Positions 48,410 to 61,384 are shown, numbered from the stretch's first letter. The stretch: 64,000 nucleotides of DNA from Felis catus (GCF_018350175.1 NC_058368.1:89282001-89346000), one strand, 5' to 3'. The notes: a model not told the origin generated them from the sequence alone. Made by a program: numbers and translations.

Positions 48410-49444
48410 TGTCAACCTTAAAAGTAAGCAGCCAGTCATTTTTCCAGGAAAAAAAAAAGGATTTATTCAGGAATAGCAGAAGAATTGTGATTTAGGGCAA
48501 GCAAGCTATAGAAAAAGCCATAGTTAAGTCCCAAGATCAAAGGAGAGAAATCTTACTGTAGAGAGTAATGAGAAGTTGGGAGGGACTACTTTGAATGAAA
48601 ATCCATTGGAAGAAAACAAGAGTTCAGGGTGGTAATGGTTTCTCATTGGCTGAGTTGTGGTATTTTCCTATTGTCTGAGCTTGTTGCTGGACAAGGAGAA
48701 ATTTTTCCTTCCCCCTACGGGAGTGGTAAAGTAGGCTTCTTGCTGGGAATGCAAGGTACTTATCTTCCTGTTGGAGTCTATGGACCAGGACTGGTGGCAC
48801 GTGAGAGTGCCCCCTTCTGGCCTCCCCACTCCATTTTATTTATTTGGGTTTTTTTTCTTTTGATGTTATAATTTTAGTTTTAATTTTTTTTAATTTTTAT
48901 TTAACTATTTTTTAAATTTATATTTGAGTTAGTTAGCCTATAGTGCAACAATGATTTCAGGAGTAGATTCCTTAATGCCCCTTACCCATTTAGCCCATCC
49001 TCCCTCCCACAACCCCTCCACTAACCCTCTGTTTGTTCTCCATATTTAAGAGTCTCTCATGTTTTTCCCCCTCCCTGTTTTTTATATTTGTGCTTCCCTT
49101 GCCTTATGTTCATCTGTTTTGTATCTAAAAGTCCTCATATATGTGAAGTCATATGATATTTGTCTTTCTGACTAATTATTGTTTGTTTTTTGTTTATTAC
49201 TTTTAATGTTTATTTATTTTTGAGAGAGAGTGTGAGCAGGGGAGGGGCAGTGAGGTGGGGGGGGGGGCAGGGACAGAGGATCCAAAGCATACTCTGTGTT
49301 GAACACAGTTAGAGCGATGCAGGGCTCAAACTCGTGAACTGTGAGATCATAACCTGAGGCAAAGTCAGACACTCAACCCACTGAGCCACCTAGGCGCCCC
49401 TCCCCACTCCATTTTAAATTAAGTTTCTTTTATTCAGTTTCACA
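48410..49444 (-). mobile_element. ERV solo-LTR-like element split by an L1+SINE insertion
   Basis: TG...CA ends (TGTCAACC...TTTCACA), minus-strand AATAAA near 48461 and CCAAT boxes (ATTGG); interrupted between TSDs at 48823-48838 and 49401-49416. Confidence 0.6.
48839..49400 (-). mobile_element. Can-SINE (49400-49178) joined to an L1 3' end (49177-48839) inside one TSD
   Basis: TSD TCCCCACTCCATTTTA. The L1 piece matches the 3'UTR of element B (14945-15225). Confidence 0.9.
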
Positions 49445-52400
49445 ATGGGCTGGAACCAGACTGGCAAGTCAGGTCTGAAAAAATGAGCACGAGCTGGGGC
49501 TTCATGGTAGACAGTGACCGCTCAAACTCTCTCCTTGGCACATGCCACCAAGAAATCCTCCAGGGTGGGGTGGGAACCAGGATCTTCAGCATCACTGGGG
49601 GTGGGCAGCCATGTGGAAAAGCTGAAAGACACACACAGGAAAGGGGAGAAATGGGAAAAGATTGAAGGCACATGCCATTTGCACATGTTACAAATCCAGG
49701 CACCCCAGATTAACCTACAAACATGCTAACATGTCAGAAATGTCAGGGGAGGGAAGTGGGTGGGCCATGAGCATAACAGAGAATAAATAACTGAATTTGA
49801 AGAAGTGAATAAATTTAAAAACTAGAGAAAGGGCTTGCACAGATGAAGCTGGAACAGAAATGAACTGAGGAGTCTAATCAGCTTTGGTCATGAAGTCCCA
49901 AACAGGTGTTTTTAAATCAGGTCCTAGAGGCAGGTGATCAGGAAGGAAAGAGGTCAGTTATGACCCAGATAAGAAACATTCCCACGACCTCATCCTTGTA
50001 GAGGCTGGAGGATAGAGGTGGCCCATGATTAGCCTAGTATTTTCCTGGTCTCCTCACTTGTGAAAATTGGAAGCAGGGTACGCTGTAGGCATTTGACAAA
50101 ATAACCTCTACATGTTATTCTCTCCTGTTCACCAGGGCACTTTACACCATTCATTTTCTTTCCTTGAATTCTTGCCTTTGAGGACTGGCTGATGAGAAGG
50201 ACTTTTCTGGCAAACTCACCCTGACTTTCTCATAATGGGAATGAGTGGGAGCCCAGTCTCCTCATGTTCTCCCTGTCTTCAAGGATACCCCCATGGGTCC
50301 TCCTGAGACAATTACCAGCTTTGTCCCAACCCAGGGCAGGGAAGCCAGTGGTTGGAAGAGCTCTGAGGACAAACAGCTCTTTCTCTGAACTCCTACTATG
50401 TCCCAGGCCCAGGCCAAGAGCTCCAGGGATCAATTAGATAGGAAGAACAATCCCAGGAAGGGGTGCTTGGGAAACATTTGGGGATGGGTGTCCTATCATA
50501 TGTCACATGGGTCACCTTATCTAACTGTAATAAAGGCAGTCCAGAAAATATGCTCTTTATCTTGGCCTTAACCCACCCTGATAATGGGCAGGATATTCAG
50601 CAAAGATGTTGGAAACAGGACAAATCGAAATGCCATGAAAGTGAGGTATTTCGGAGTCAGAAGAGACCTTTTGAGATCACCCCATTCTACCTTCTTATTT
50701 TACAGATGTGAAAACAGACTCAGATAGGTGTGACAGGCTCATGTCTCAGAGCAGGTCCTCCCTCCATGCTCAAGGCTCTGCCTATGGTCTCTCAGAACCA
50801 TGCATTCCTGGAACTGAATCCTCATGGATTTCCGTATGGTCAGTGACCAAGCCAATCTGGTTTCACCCTGGATGCTGGACTTATGATGGGTCCCTCCAAG
50901 TCTGGACTCTGCCTCTGTGCTGAGCTAGAGTACTGGTGAACTAAAGTCACTTTCACAAGAGACCTCAGTACTTTCAGGTACAGTCCTAGAGTATGGCAAG
51001 GCCCAAGGGAAACTTTGAGGAACCCTGAGCCCAGCACCCACCTTCAGGTCAGATGAAGTGAGTACATAGGGAGTTGGTCTGAAACCTTCTCCAGAAAGCT
51101 GCCTGGAGTCCCCAGGTGGAAGATGTCACTCCCCCCACTCCTTCGGTATCTTCTCTGTCCCTCTTTTGGCATCTGCTTCATTCTATCCTGTACTTACACA
51201 GTAAGTAAGACACAGTACTTACATTCAGTTAAGTTTTGGAAACCAATGAACACACCAAACTCCCTCTCATCCCTAGAACAACACCAAGAGTGGATGACCA
51301 AGGTTATGCCCCCATTAAAGAGCCCATCCAGGAGAGAAGTAAGGGCTGTGGGGTCTGGGCCAAGTAAGGAATGCTGAGGGATCATTCTGGCCAGCAAAGG
51401 AAGGATCTAGCAGAAAAGGACAGTTCCTGTTCCTACAGTGGGCACAGTAATGCTTCACTTCGCCTTTGGAGCCCTGGCAGGTCTCCCTGGAGCTGTTGCC
51501 AAAGACATCTGGCTTCACACCAGCTGGAGGCTCTGGGTCCTCTCCCACTAGGAACAGCTGACACACTTGCTTACATCTACTCCCTCTAGCAGACTTGCAG
51601 GCCCAGTAAGTTTCTTGGCATAACCAAGGGCCTTGTTATGGTTCCTGAGAGATGCTTGCCTCCCTGGCAGCACACCTGTTAGAAACTTTGGCATTAATGA
51701 GCCCTGGAGGGAGGCAGGATGCAGAAGGAACTGGGGGGGAGGGGGTGGTGGGTAGGGATTTGAGGCCTGAGGAACAGGTGACCTCAACCCTCTTGGGCAT
51801 CATATGCCACTTCGGAAGCTCCTAAAACAGCTTCAAGAATGCCAGGCTCTGAGCCACCTGCTTTACATATGCTCTCTCAGTTAAGAGAAAAACAGTTTAG
51901 GCTGCAAGAAATGGACCAACTCCCAACACTTTTGTTTTTTTCTTACTATCATTATTGTTGTTGATAATCACACTAGCCTCAGCCCAGCACCTCCAGCCTC
52001 TCTACCTTTTGTCTTACCCTACCCTTCTGATCTGGTCAGACCTTAGATGTCCCCCTCCTACCCGCCCCGCCATCACTGAGCACTCTTCATTCTTTTTGGT
52101 CTGCATATTGTATCTTCCATTGTTCCTCCTCCCAGCCTATAAATGCTGGTCAGCAGGTTCCTTCTGCCTCCTTTCCTCCCTGCTGTATCCCGTGGGCCTA
52201 AACAGTGTCTTCCTTGACACACCTGATGATTCAGTAAGCATTTCTCAGTCCTGACTTGTGCTTTGCACACACTAACTCCTTTAACCCTCCTCACCACCCT
52301 ATAAGAAAGGTGCTACTATCATCCTTTCTCTAGATGAGGAACCCAGGACCTCCAAATGAAGCCTTACTTGCCCTGGACCACCCTGACACTGAGAGATCTC

Positions 52401-52452
52401 ACATACTCAACACCACAACTGCTCCACACCCCTGAGTGCTCATAAACAAATC

Positions 52453-52668
52453 TTTTTTATTATTTATTTTTAAAATTTTTTTAACGTTTATTTATTATTG
52501 AGAGACAGAGACAGAGCATGAGCATGGGAGGGGCAGAGGAGGCACAGAATCTGAAGCAGGCTCCAGGCTCTGAACTGTTAGCACAGAGCCCGACATGGGG
52601 CTCGAACTCACAAACCACGAGATCATGACCTGAGCCGAAGTCGGGCACTTAACCAACTGAGGCACCCC
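52453..52668 (-). mobile_element. Can-SINE
   Basis: Reverse SINE with a small deletion in the head. Confidence 0.92.
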
Positions 52669-52794
52669 AACCTTTTTTTTTTAATTTAAAAAGACAGATA
52701 CAGGAAATAAAGGTGAAAGCCCCCCCTCCACCCTCACCCTCATTCTGACACACCACGGGGTGGACTTATTGTCACCATAAATTCATTCATTTTA

Positions 52795-52917
52795 GGGGCA
52801 GCTGGGTGGCTCAGTCAGTTGAGCATTGGACTCTTGATTTCAGCTCAGGTTACAATCCCAGGTTCATGGGATCCAGCCCTGCATTGGGCTCTGTGCCAAG
52901 TGTGGAGCCCGCTTAAG

Positions 52918-52968
<51 letters not shown>

Positions 52969-53002
52969 TTCTACCCTTCTGCCTTGCTCTCACACACTCT
53001 CA

Positions 53003-53037
<35 letters not shown>

Positions 53038-53055
53038 ACAAACAAATAAATAAAT
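52795..53055 (+). mobile_element. Can-SINE with (CT)n and (TAAA)n microsatellites
   Basis: SINE head; (CT)n at ~52921-52961; (TAAA)n at ~53002-53054. Confidence 0.92.
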
Positions 53056-53532
53056 TTGATCATTTTATGCATCCACACTTCATTTCTATGACATGCATTT
53101 TCCTTTCGTAAATTTATCCCATGGCAAATTTTCCATTTTGGCAATTTTGGATTGGGTGATTTCTATCACCCCCATTCAACTTCTCTGGTCTTGCAATGGC
53201 CACTCACCTCCTTCATTTAATTGGGATTTCTTTAAATTTACTTATATCTTTATCACTTCTATAACTACTTTAGCTTCAGCACAAGCAGTATTATCAATAA
53301 GTTCAATTTTTCAAGACATAAGCTACATGTCTTCTAAACTACATTAAAGCATTACATAAACAGTAAGGATGTCTCTGCATCACTGAAATCATTTTGAACA
53401 CTACAATTGTCACCTGTGCCATTCCCTGGGAAACAACTGCTTCCTTGTAGTTTAGTTTTTCTGTTTTGTTTTAGCATTTCATAACAGTTTTATTGAGGTA
53501 TAATTTTCATGCAATAAAATTTACTCATTGTT

Positions 53533-53650
53533 GGGGTACCTGGCTGGCTCAGTTGGTGGAGCATGTTGACTCTTGATCTCAGGGTTGTAGGTCTGAGCTC
53601 CACATTGGGTGTAGAGATTACTTTATAACTAAAAAAAAAAAAAAACAAAC
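53533..53650 (+). mobile_element. Short tRNA-derived Can-SINE lacking the CT region
   Basis: GGGGTACCTGGCTGGCTCAGTTGGTGGAGCATG...GTAGAGATTACTT plus A tail; TSD ACTCATTGTT (53523-53532, 53651-53660). Confidence 0.88.
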
Positions 53651-53944
53651 ACTCATTGTTAAGTGTACAGTTTAATGATTTTTTAGTCAATGTTCAGAGT
53701 TCCACGACCATTATTTGAATCCATTTTTACAATAGTTCTATTACCATAAACATTTCCTGCATGTCCATTTTCAGTCAATCCTGGCTTGCACCCTCAGGCC
53801 CAGACCCTACTTATCTGCTATCTGTCTCTCTGAATGTGCCTTTTCTGGAAATCTCACATAAATAAATGGTAGGAGTGGAATTGCTAGATTGTAAGCTTAA
53901 CTTTGCTATACCAAAATGTCAAACATAGAGTTTATACTATGCTA

Positions 53945-54515
53945 AACTATACTATAGCCAGCAATTCCACATCTAGGTATATACCCCCCAAAATGGAAAA
54001 CATATGTTCACTTAAAAACTTATACACAAATTTTCATAGTAGTATTATTCATAATAGTCAAAAAGTGAAAGGATAAACAAAATGTGGTATATCCATACAG
54101 TGAAATATTATGCAGCCATGAAAAGAACTAACTGATACATAATACAATATGAATAATCCTCAAAAACATTATGCCAAGCAAAACAAGCCAGACATAAAGG
54201 CCGCATATTTTATGACTCTACTTATATGACATATCTAGGAGAGGCAAATCCATAGAAACAGAAAGTAGATTAGTGGTTGCCAGGGACTTGGGGAGGGGGG
54301 TGTTGAGAATGGGGAGTGTCTGCTAATGGGAAGGATGACAGATAGTATCTTTTTGGAGTGATGAAAATATTCTGGAATTTAATAGTGGTGATGGTTGTGC
54401 AATGTTATGAATATACTAAAAACAAACTATACATGAAATATACTAAAAACAACTGAATTGTACCCTTTTAAAAGGTGAATTTTATGATCCATGAAATTTT
54501 CTCTCAATAAAAAAG
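53945..54515 (+). mobile_element. Ancient L1M 3' end
   Basis: CCAGCAATTCCACATCTAGGTATATACCC...GGCAAATCCATAGAAACAGAAAGTAGATTAGTGGTTGCCAGGG...CTCAATAAAA. Confidence 0.8.
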
Positions 54516-54809
54516 ATGCAGCAAAGAAAACAGATTATTGCATGTAAAAACATGAATAAAGCCCCCAAAAATATATAAAATTAAGAGAAGTAATTCTAAC
54601 ACCAAGGGATACATACTAGATCATTCTATTTATGTAAAGCTCAAAAACTATTCAAGGTGTTAGAAATCAGGATTGTGATCACATTTGAGGATAGCAGGGT
54701 ATTGACTGAGAAGGAACATAAGGGGAACCTCTGGGCTGCTGGTAATGATCTATTTGTTAATATTGATTTGTCACATAAACTTAAAAATTATATTAAAATA
54801 TCAAGAGAA

Positions 54810-55693
54810 AAAAAATCAATTGACCATAAATGTAAGGTCTGCTTCTGGACTTTCTATTATATGTCTTTTTTATGCCAGTACAGCCTATCTTGATTACTAA
54901 GCTTCATGAAAAATTTTGAAATTATCATATTCTAACTTTGTTCTTTTTCAAAGTTGTTTTGGCTAATCTCAGTCTATTGCATTTATATATCATTTTTCAA
55001 ACGAGCTGTTCAATTTCTATGGTAAAGTCTTCTGGGATTTTGATAGCAGTTTTGATGAATCTCTGGAAAAATTTGGGCAGAATTGCCTTCATAAAAATAG
55101 ACTCTTCCACTCCATGAACATGGACTGTCTCTCCATTTTATAGACCTTTATCTCAATAATGTTTTATAGTTCTAGGAGCACAAGGATTGCAATCCTTTGT
55201 TTATATTTTATATTTCTCCTTTTTTTACTGTTTTATTTATTTTTGAGAGAGAGAGACAGAGACAGAGCGTGAGCAGGGGAGGTGCAGAAAGAGAGGGAGA
55301 CATAGAATCTGAAGCAGGCTCCAGGTTATGCGCTGTCAGCACAGAGCCCAATGCAGGGCTTGAACTCATGGACTGCAAGATCATGACCTGAGCCAAAATT
55401 GGACCCTTAACCAACTGAGCCACCCAGGCATCCCTGTTTATATTTATTCTTAAGTACTTTTTTTTCTTTTTGATGTTATTGTGAATTGGATTGATTCTCC
55501 AATTTCATTCTTGAATTATTTATTGCTAGTATAAAGAAATCCAATTGATTTTGTATATTGATCTTATATTCTGAAATCTTGCCAAACTCATTTATTATTT
55601 CTAATACAGGTTTTTGTATGTGTGTTTTAAAAAAATATTCCTTAGGATTTCATACTTGCAAGAGCATACTGTCTGCTAATAAAGACTGTTTTA
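54810..55693 (-). mobile_element. Ancient L1M ORF2 relic (continues at ~57930-58670), containing a reverse SINE at 55218-55433
   Basis: Reverse ORF2-like sequence (GGGATTTTGATAG..., ATTGATTTTGTATATTGATCTTATATTCTG). Confidence 0.75.
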
Positions 55694-55938
55694 TAAATGC
55701 CAGGGTGCATGTATCCCTTTGAATTAGTATTTGGGTAAATATCTACAGTGCAATTGCTGGATCATAGGGTAGTTTATAGCAGTGTTATCAACAATAACCA
55801 AGTTATGGAAGTAGCTCATTTCCATTGACCCATTGACTGATGAATGGATAAAGAAGTGAGATAGATGATAGGTAGATAGATAGATAGATAGACAGATATA
55901 ATGGAATATTACTCAGCCATTAAGAAGAATGAAAGCTT

Positions 55939-57288
55939 ATGGAACAGAATAGAGAACCCAGAAATGGACCCACAAATGTATGGCCAACTTATCTTTGACA
56001 AAGCTGGAAAGAATATCCAATGGAATAAACACAGTCTCTTCAGCAACTGGTGCTGGGAAAACTGGACAGAGACATGCTGAAAAATGAACCTGGACCACTT
56101 TCTTATATCATAGACAAAAATAAACTCAAAATGGATGAAAGACCTAAAGGTAAGACAGGAAGGTATCAAAATCCTCGAGGAGAAAATAGGCAAAAACCTC
56201 TTTGATCTTGGCCGCAGCAACTTCTTACTCAACACGTCTCCGGAGGCAAAGGAAACAAAAGCAAAAATGAACTACTGGGACCTCATCAAAATAAAAACCT
56301 CCTGGACAGCAAAGGAAACAATCAGCAAAACTAAAAGGCAACCGACAGAATAGGAGAAGATATTTGCAAATGACATATCAGATAAAGGGTTAGTATCCAA
56401 AATCTATAAAGAATTTATCAGACTTAACACCCAAAAAACAATCCAGTGAAGAAATGGGCAAAAGACATGGCTGGACACTTCTCAAAAGAAGACATCCAGA
56501 TGGCCAACTGACACATGAAAAAATGCTCATCATCAGGGAAATACAAATCGAAACCACCATGAGATACCACCTTACTCCTGTCAGAATGGTTAACATGAAC
56601 AACTCAGGCAACAAGAGATGTTGGTGAGGATGCGGGGAAAGAGGATCTCTTTTGCATTGTTGGTGGCAATGCAAGCTGGTGCAGCCACTCTGGAAAACAG
56701 TATGGAGGTTCCTCAAAAAACTAAAAATAGAACTACCCTACAACCCAGCAATTGCGCTACTAGGTATTTATCCAAGGGATACAGGTGTGCTGTTTTGAAG
56801 GGACACATGCACTCCCATATTTATAGCAGCACTATCAACAATAGCCAAAGTATGGAAAGAGCCCACATGTCCATCGATGGATGAATGGATAAAGAAAATG
56901 TGGTATATATATACAATGGAGTACTACTCAGCAATCAAAAAGAACGAAATCTTGCCATTTGCAAATACATGGATGGAACTGGAGGGTGTTATGCTAATTG
57001 AAATTAGTCAGAGAAAGACAAAAATCATATGACTTTACTCATATGAGGACTTTAAGAGACAAAACAGATGAACATAAGGGAAGGGAAACAAAAATAATGT
57101 AAAAACAGGGAGGGGGACAAAACAGAAGAGACTCATAAATATGGAGAACAAACAGGGGGTTACTGGAGGGGGTGTAGGAGGGAGGATGAGCTAAGTGGGT
57201 AAGGGGCATTAAGGAATCTACTCCTGAAATCATTGTTGCACTATATGCTAACTAATTTGAATGTAAATTTAAAATAAAAATTGAAAAA
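55939..57288 (+). mobile_element. 5'-truncated L1 'G' (same type as element B)
   Basis: Colinear with 13870-15225; TSD AAGAAGAATGAAA(G/T)CTT (55922-55938, 57289-57305). Confidence 0.93.
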
Positions 57289-57626
57289 AAGAAGAATGAA
57301 ATCTTGACATTTGCAATGACATAGAAGGAGCTAGAGAGTATAATGCCTAATGACAAGCAAAATAAGTCAGAGAAAGACAAATGCCATATCACTTCACTCA
57401 TATGTGGAATTTAAGAAACAAAATAAATGAGCAAAAGGGGAAAAAAAAAAACAGAGAGAGAGAGGCAAACCAAGAAACAGACTCTTAACCATGGAGAATA
57501 AACTAACAGTTACCAGAGGTGAGGTGGGGGGGGGGGGGGATGGGTGACATAGGTGATGGGGATTAAGGAGTGCACTTGTCCTAATGAGCACTGGGTGATG
57601 TATGGAAATGTTGAATAACTACATCA

Positions 57627-57850
57627 GGGGCGCCTGGGTGGCGCAGCCGGTTAAGCGTCCGACTTCAGCCAGGTCACGATCTCGTGGTCCGTGAGTTCGA
57701 GCCCCGCGTCAGGCTCTGGGCTGATGGCTCAGAGCCTGGAGCCTGTTTCTGATTCTGTGTCTCCCTCTCTCTCTGCCCCTCCCCCGTTCATGCTCTGTCT
57801 CTCTCTGTCCCAAAAATAAATAAACGTTGAAAAAAAAAATTAAAAAAAAA
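57627..57850 (+). mobile_element. Can-SINE (SINEC_Fc type)
   Basis: TSD GAATAACTACATC (57613-57625, 57851-57863). Confidence 0.96.
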
Positions 57851-57956
57851 GAATAACTACATCGTACACCTGAAACTAATGTAACACTGTATGTTAACTA
57901 ACAAATTTAAATAAAAACTTTTTTAAAAAGATTTTTATTTCTTCACTTCCAGTCTG

Positions 57957-58474
57957 TGTCGCGACTGGCGCGACAAACACCGAGGTCAGGGTCCTGAGGG
58001 TAGGGGAATGCAAGAAAAAAGAGAGAAGAGAAAGTTTGGGAACAGGAGGGTCCCCTGGGCTGATGGCCCAAGTGACGGCTTTATTGTTGCTGTACACAAT
58101 CTTTTATAAGACTCTTATGGATCAGGTCATTCTAAGAATAAACAGGTTTCACATGATCACTGCCAGCCAAAACATTTAGTTCTGTATACCTTGTGAACCT
58201 TGTGAACGGGTCACAAGACCTTGTTGATAGATTGCTAGCAAAACACAGTTCCCATGTTTGTGTCTATCTGACTAGGGGTAGAAAAAGGGAGGTAGCATTA
58301 CTGCCAACACCTGAAGACCACAGGCTTCAGGAATTAACTCTCTCAGCCTTGACAAGGCTTTCGTATGCCCTTGAAAGTGGGGGAATGGGAGGGGGAACCA
58401 CCGGGTTGGCTTGAGTCAACAGGGAACGTTGCTCGACCCGGTCTCAGCCTGGCGCCGGGGCCCGGCCCCCCACA
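57957..58474 (-). mobile_element. Young ERV solo LTR, 518 bp, probably class II (beta-like)
   Basis: TGT...ACA termini; perfect 6-bp TSD AGTCTG (57951-57956, 58475-58480); minus-strand TATAAAA (58102-58108) and AATAAA (58080-58085); CpGs retained. Confidence 0.88.
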
Positions 58475-59996
58475 AGTCTGATACCTTCAAACTTCTTTTT
58501 CTCACCTCTATGTTGAAAAAAAATGTTGAAGATATCCTTGTCTTATTCCAAAATTTAGAGGGAAACATTTGGTGTTTCACCATAAGCATGAAGTTTTCTG
58601 TAGATCTTTTGTAGCTGCACTTCATCAGACTGAGGAATTGTCCTTCACCTCCTACTTTGTTGAGGGCTCTTCTTTCGTAGGCAGGAGTAGATAAGACTAG
58701 ATAGAACTGGGAATGAGGTGGGAGCTGGAGGATGAGCACTGAGGAGGTGCTGGGTATGGGGGTGGGATGAGTTGACACAATAGGACAGTTCATAAGGGGA
58801 TGTTGGTTCTGGGGAAGGGCCATTTCAATGTTTGCCCAAGGGTGGTCAAGGTCTGGGGGCCTTTGGGGAGGGGGAAACCTGACTAAAGTTTACTCAACTC
58901 AATTTAACAGGCATTTTGTACAGATTGGTCAGTTCAGCTAGTCGTTTCTGAATCTGGGTCAGCCTTGTTCACAGATACATAAGATCATCTCAAGTGACAT
59001 GGGGAAGGCTGGTTTTTGGAGAGGATTTCCTAACTGTTGTTGTTTTCCAGGAACACTGCATCAGGTAAAATTCAGTGTCAGAGACACTGGAGACCTTCCT
59101 TTTTTGCCCCCCCCCCCCCCCGCCACCCTGCCGCCAGCCAGGCCTGCAGCACTGAGGAGGTCTCTCCCCAACCCCAAACATATTTGAGGATGGTTTTTAT
59201 GTCTCCCTGGGCCACCTGTCCTGCTTTCCCCTACTTTGTCTCTCTCAAATGAAATGCTCTTCCCCTAGTTCTGGCCAAAGGCCATGCCCTCCTCAAATGG
59301 AATAAGAGTTGCTCATGCCTGCTCCCAGGTGACAGTTGCACAGAACAGTTCTCTCTCCCCTAGCAGTTCTGAGACACAAGGTCAAGGTTAACTACCTGTG
59401 TGCCCAGCACACAGTGGATTAAATGGTCATTTGTCTTTTGTTCATTGTTTATAAACTTTTATTGAAGCCTAAACGTATTCAGAAAAGTACACAAATCCTA
59501 ACTGTACAGCTCAGTGAATTTTCACAAAGAGAATGCATGATGTAACCAAAACCCATATGAATAAATGACATTACTAATATCACAGAAGACCCCTCATGCC
59601 TATTCTACCCTCAGTCTATACCCGAATGTAACCCCAGCTTGAATTCCTGTACCATAGATGAGTTTTGCCTGTCTAAGCTTTAGGTGTAGATTGTGGTATT
59701 TTCATGTGACTGACATCTCTCTCTCAACATTATGCTTGTGAGACCCATCCATGTTGTGGTGTGCAGTTTGTAGTAGTTTTTCACTGTTAATACTGTATCA
59801 TACTACATTGTACAAATTTACTGTCAAATAAAACACATCTTGATTTGGGTAAGGAGAGGCTTTCTTCAAAAGAACCATTGTAACAAAGGGAGGAACTATT
59901 GCAGGAGAGGGAAGGCTCAGACAGGTGAGATCTCAGAGTTCTCAAAGATTAGGCAGAAGGAAGTTACTCTGATAAAGAAAGCTCAAGAGAACTGCC

Positions 59997-60537
59997 TGTT
60001 AGTGGGTCACCTGTTTCTTGTCCCAGGCGCACCAAAGAATCAGAGGCCTGAGACCAGAATGGGGAGAGTTTATTGAGTAGATTAGTATACTTTCAAGAAT
60101 GAAAGTGGGCCATTGCCAGAGCAAGAGTGGCAGTGGCCCCACGAAACTCTAGTTTCATTCTTTTAAGCCTGCTTTATGTGCATGGAAATGTGGCTTTGAT
60201 TGACAGCTGGTGGTTATATAACATTTTGGCCTGCACATGCACCTACCCATGATGCATTCTGTTATAATTGTATTTATATATTGCATATTTATAGACTTTT
60301 AATGAGTTTTGTGGTGACCTTAAAGGTATTTAAGGGCAAGTTGCAGTTGCACCCTTTGTGCACCTGCTCAGCTCTTAGAAGTCCCCTTGTGGCTTTTGAG
60401 CCAGCTCTGTGGCTAGGCCTTTCCTGTTATGTTAGCACTTAGAGGTGATTCTGAAGGTGTGGCTGTATCCCTCGGGGGTGGCTCAGAGGGTGTGGCCAGC
60501 ACCTGTTTTATATTTCCTTGCTCAGATCTAACTATCA
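59997..60537 (-). mobile_element. Solo LTR, 541 bp, nested in another LTR-like sequence starting ~59822
   Basis: TG...CA termini; 5-bp TSD CTGCC (59992-59996, 60538-60542); minus-strand AATAAA near 60070. Confidence 0.7.
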
Positions 60538-61384
60538 CTGCCTGTGAGCTGGTGGGATGAGAGGGTGAGTGATCAAGTCACTGAACACATGTTTTTCTTT
60601 GTGGTCAGCCATTGTCTATAGCTGAGGCCCTCTGCAGGAGTTGCCGAGGGGGGAAGGGAGCTGCCTCACCCACGGTTACCCAGAATCCAAAGATGGATTG
60701 GGCCTGGCCCACTCACCTCAGCCTCACCTCAACTGGGACATTTCTGCAGGTTCCTCTCAGTTCCACAGCTCCTCATGAAACAGCTGAGACCTCAGTAGTA
60801 ACTTCCTTGCAGTTCAGCTTCTCCCTCTGCACATTCCTGCCTGCCTGCCACCCTTACTGCTGTTGATCTTACAACTTACTGTTGATCTCGGGAGCACTCC
60901 CCAACAGACTTCCTGCGCGCAAATCTTTGCCTCATGACCTGTTTGCTTGGGGCACAAACTTTGAGTCAAGTGTGAGTTTCCATGGGGTACATTCCAGGTG
61001 TGGCACTGGGGCATCAGCCTGAGGTCTGGCTTGGGTCCAAAACACACCCTGAGGCTCAAGCAGAATTACATAACTGCTCTGAGCTTGGGTATCTTCACAG
61101 TAAAGCATAGTACAACCTCCTAGCTAATGACTGATGATTCCAGTAATGATGCCTGATAATCAGCACTGTGAATGCTGTTGTTACACAGTTAACACTGCCA
61201 TCCAGAGTGTGTGCTGTTGAGGGGCTCTGGTGCCTGGCATCTGCTGGTCAGATCCTCTCACCACTTCCTACATGACCATAAACTCTTCCTGACTCACTCT
61301 GCTCATCTATAAACTGGAGCTAATAGAATTTACTTCCTAACGCTGTTGTGAGAGTTAAGTGGGTTTGATGCCAGCAGTGGGTTT

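Larger units (their letters stand above)
55694..57920 (+). mobile_element. Older L1 3' fragment with a short 5' inversion (55694-55775), hosting L1 'G' and a SINE
   Basis: An antisense ORF2 piece abuts a sense piece that is contiguous with it in L1 coordinates; 3'UTR at ~57300-57920. Confidence 0.8.

Noticed and set aside
53533..53620. Possible tRNA gene
   Set aside because: A tail, TSD and degenerate B box show it is a tRNA-derived SINE. I saw no true tRNA gene in the window.
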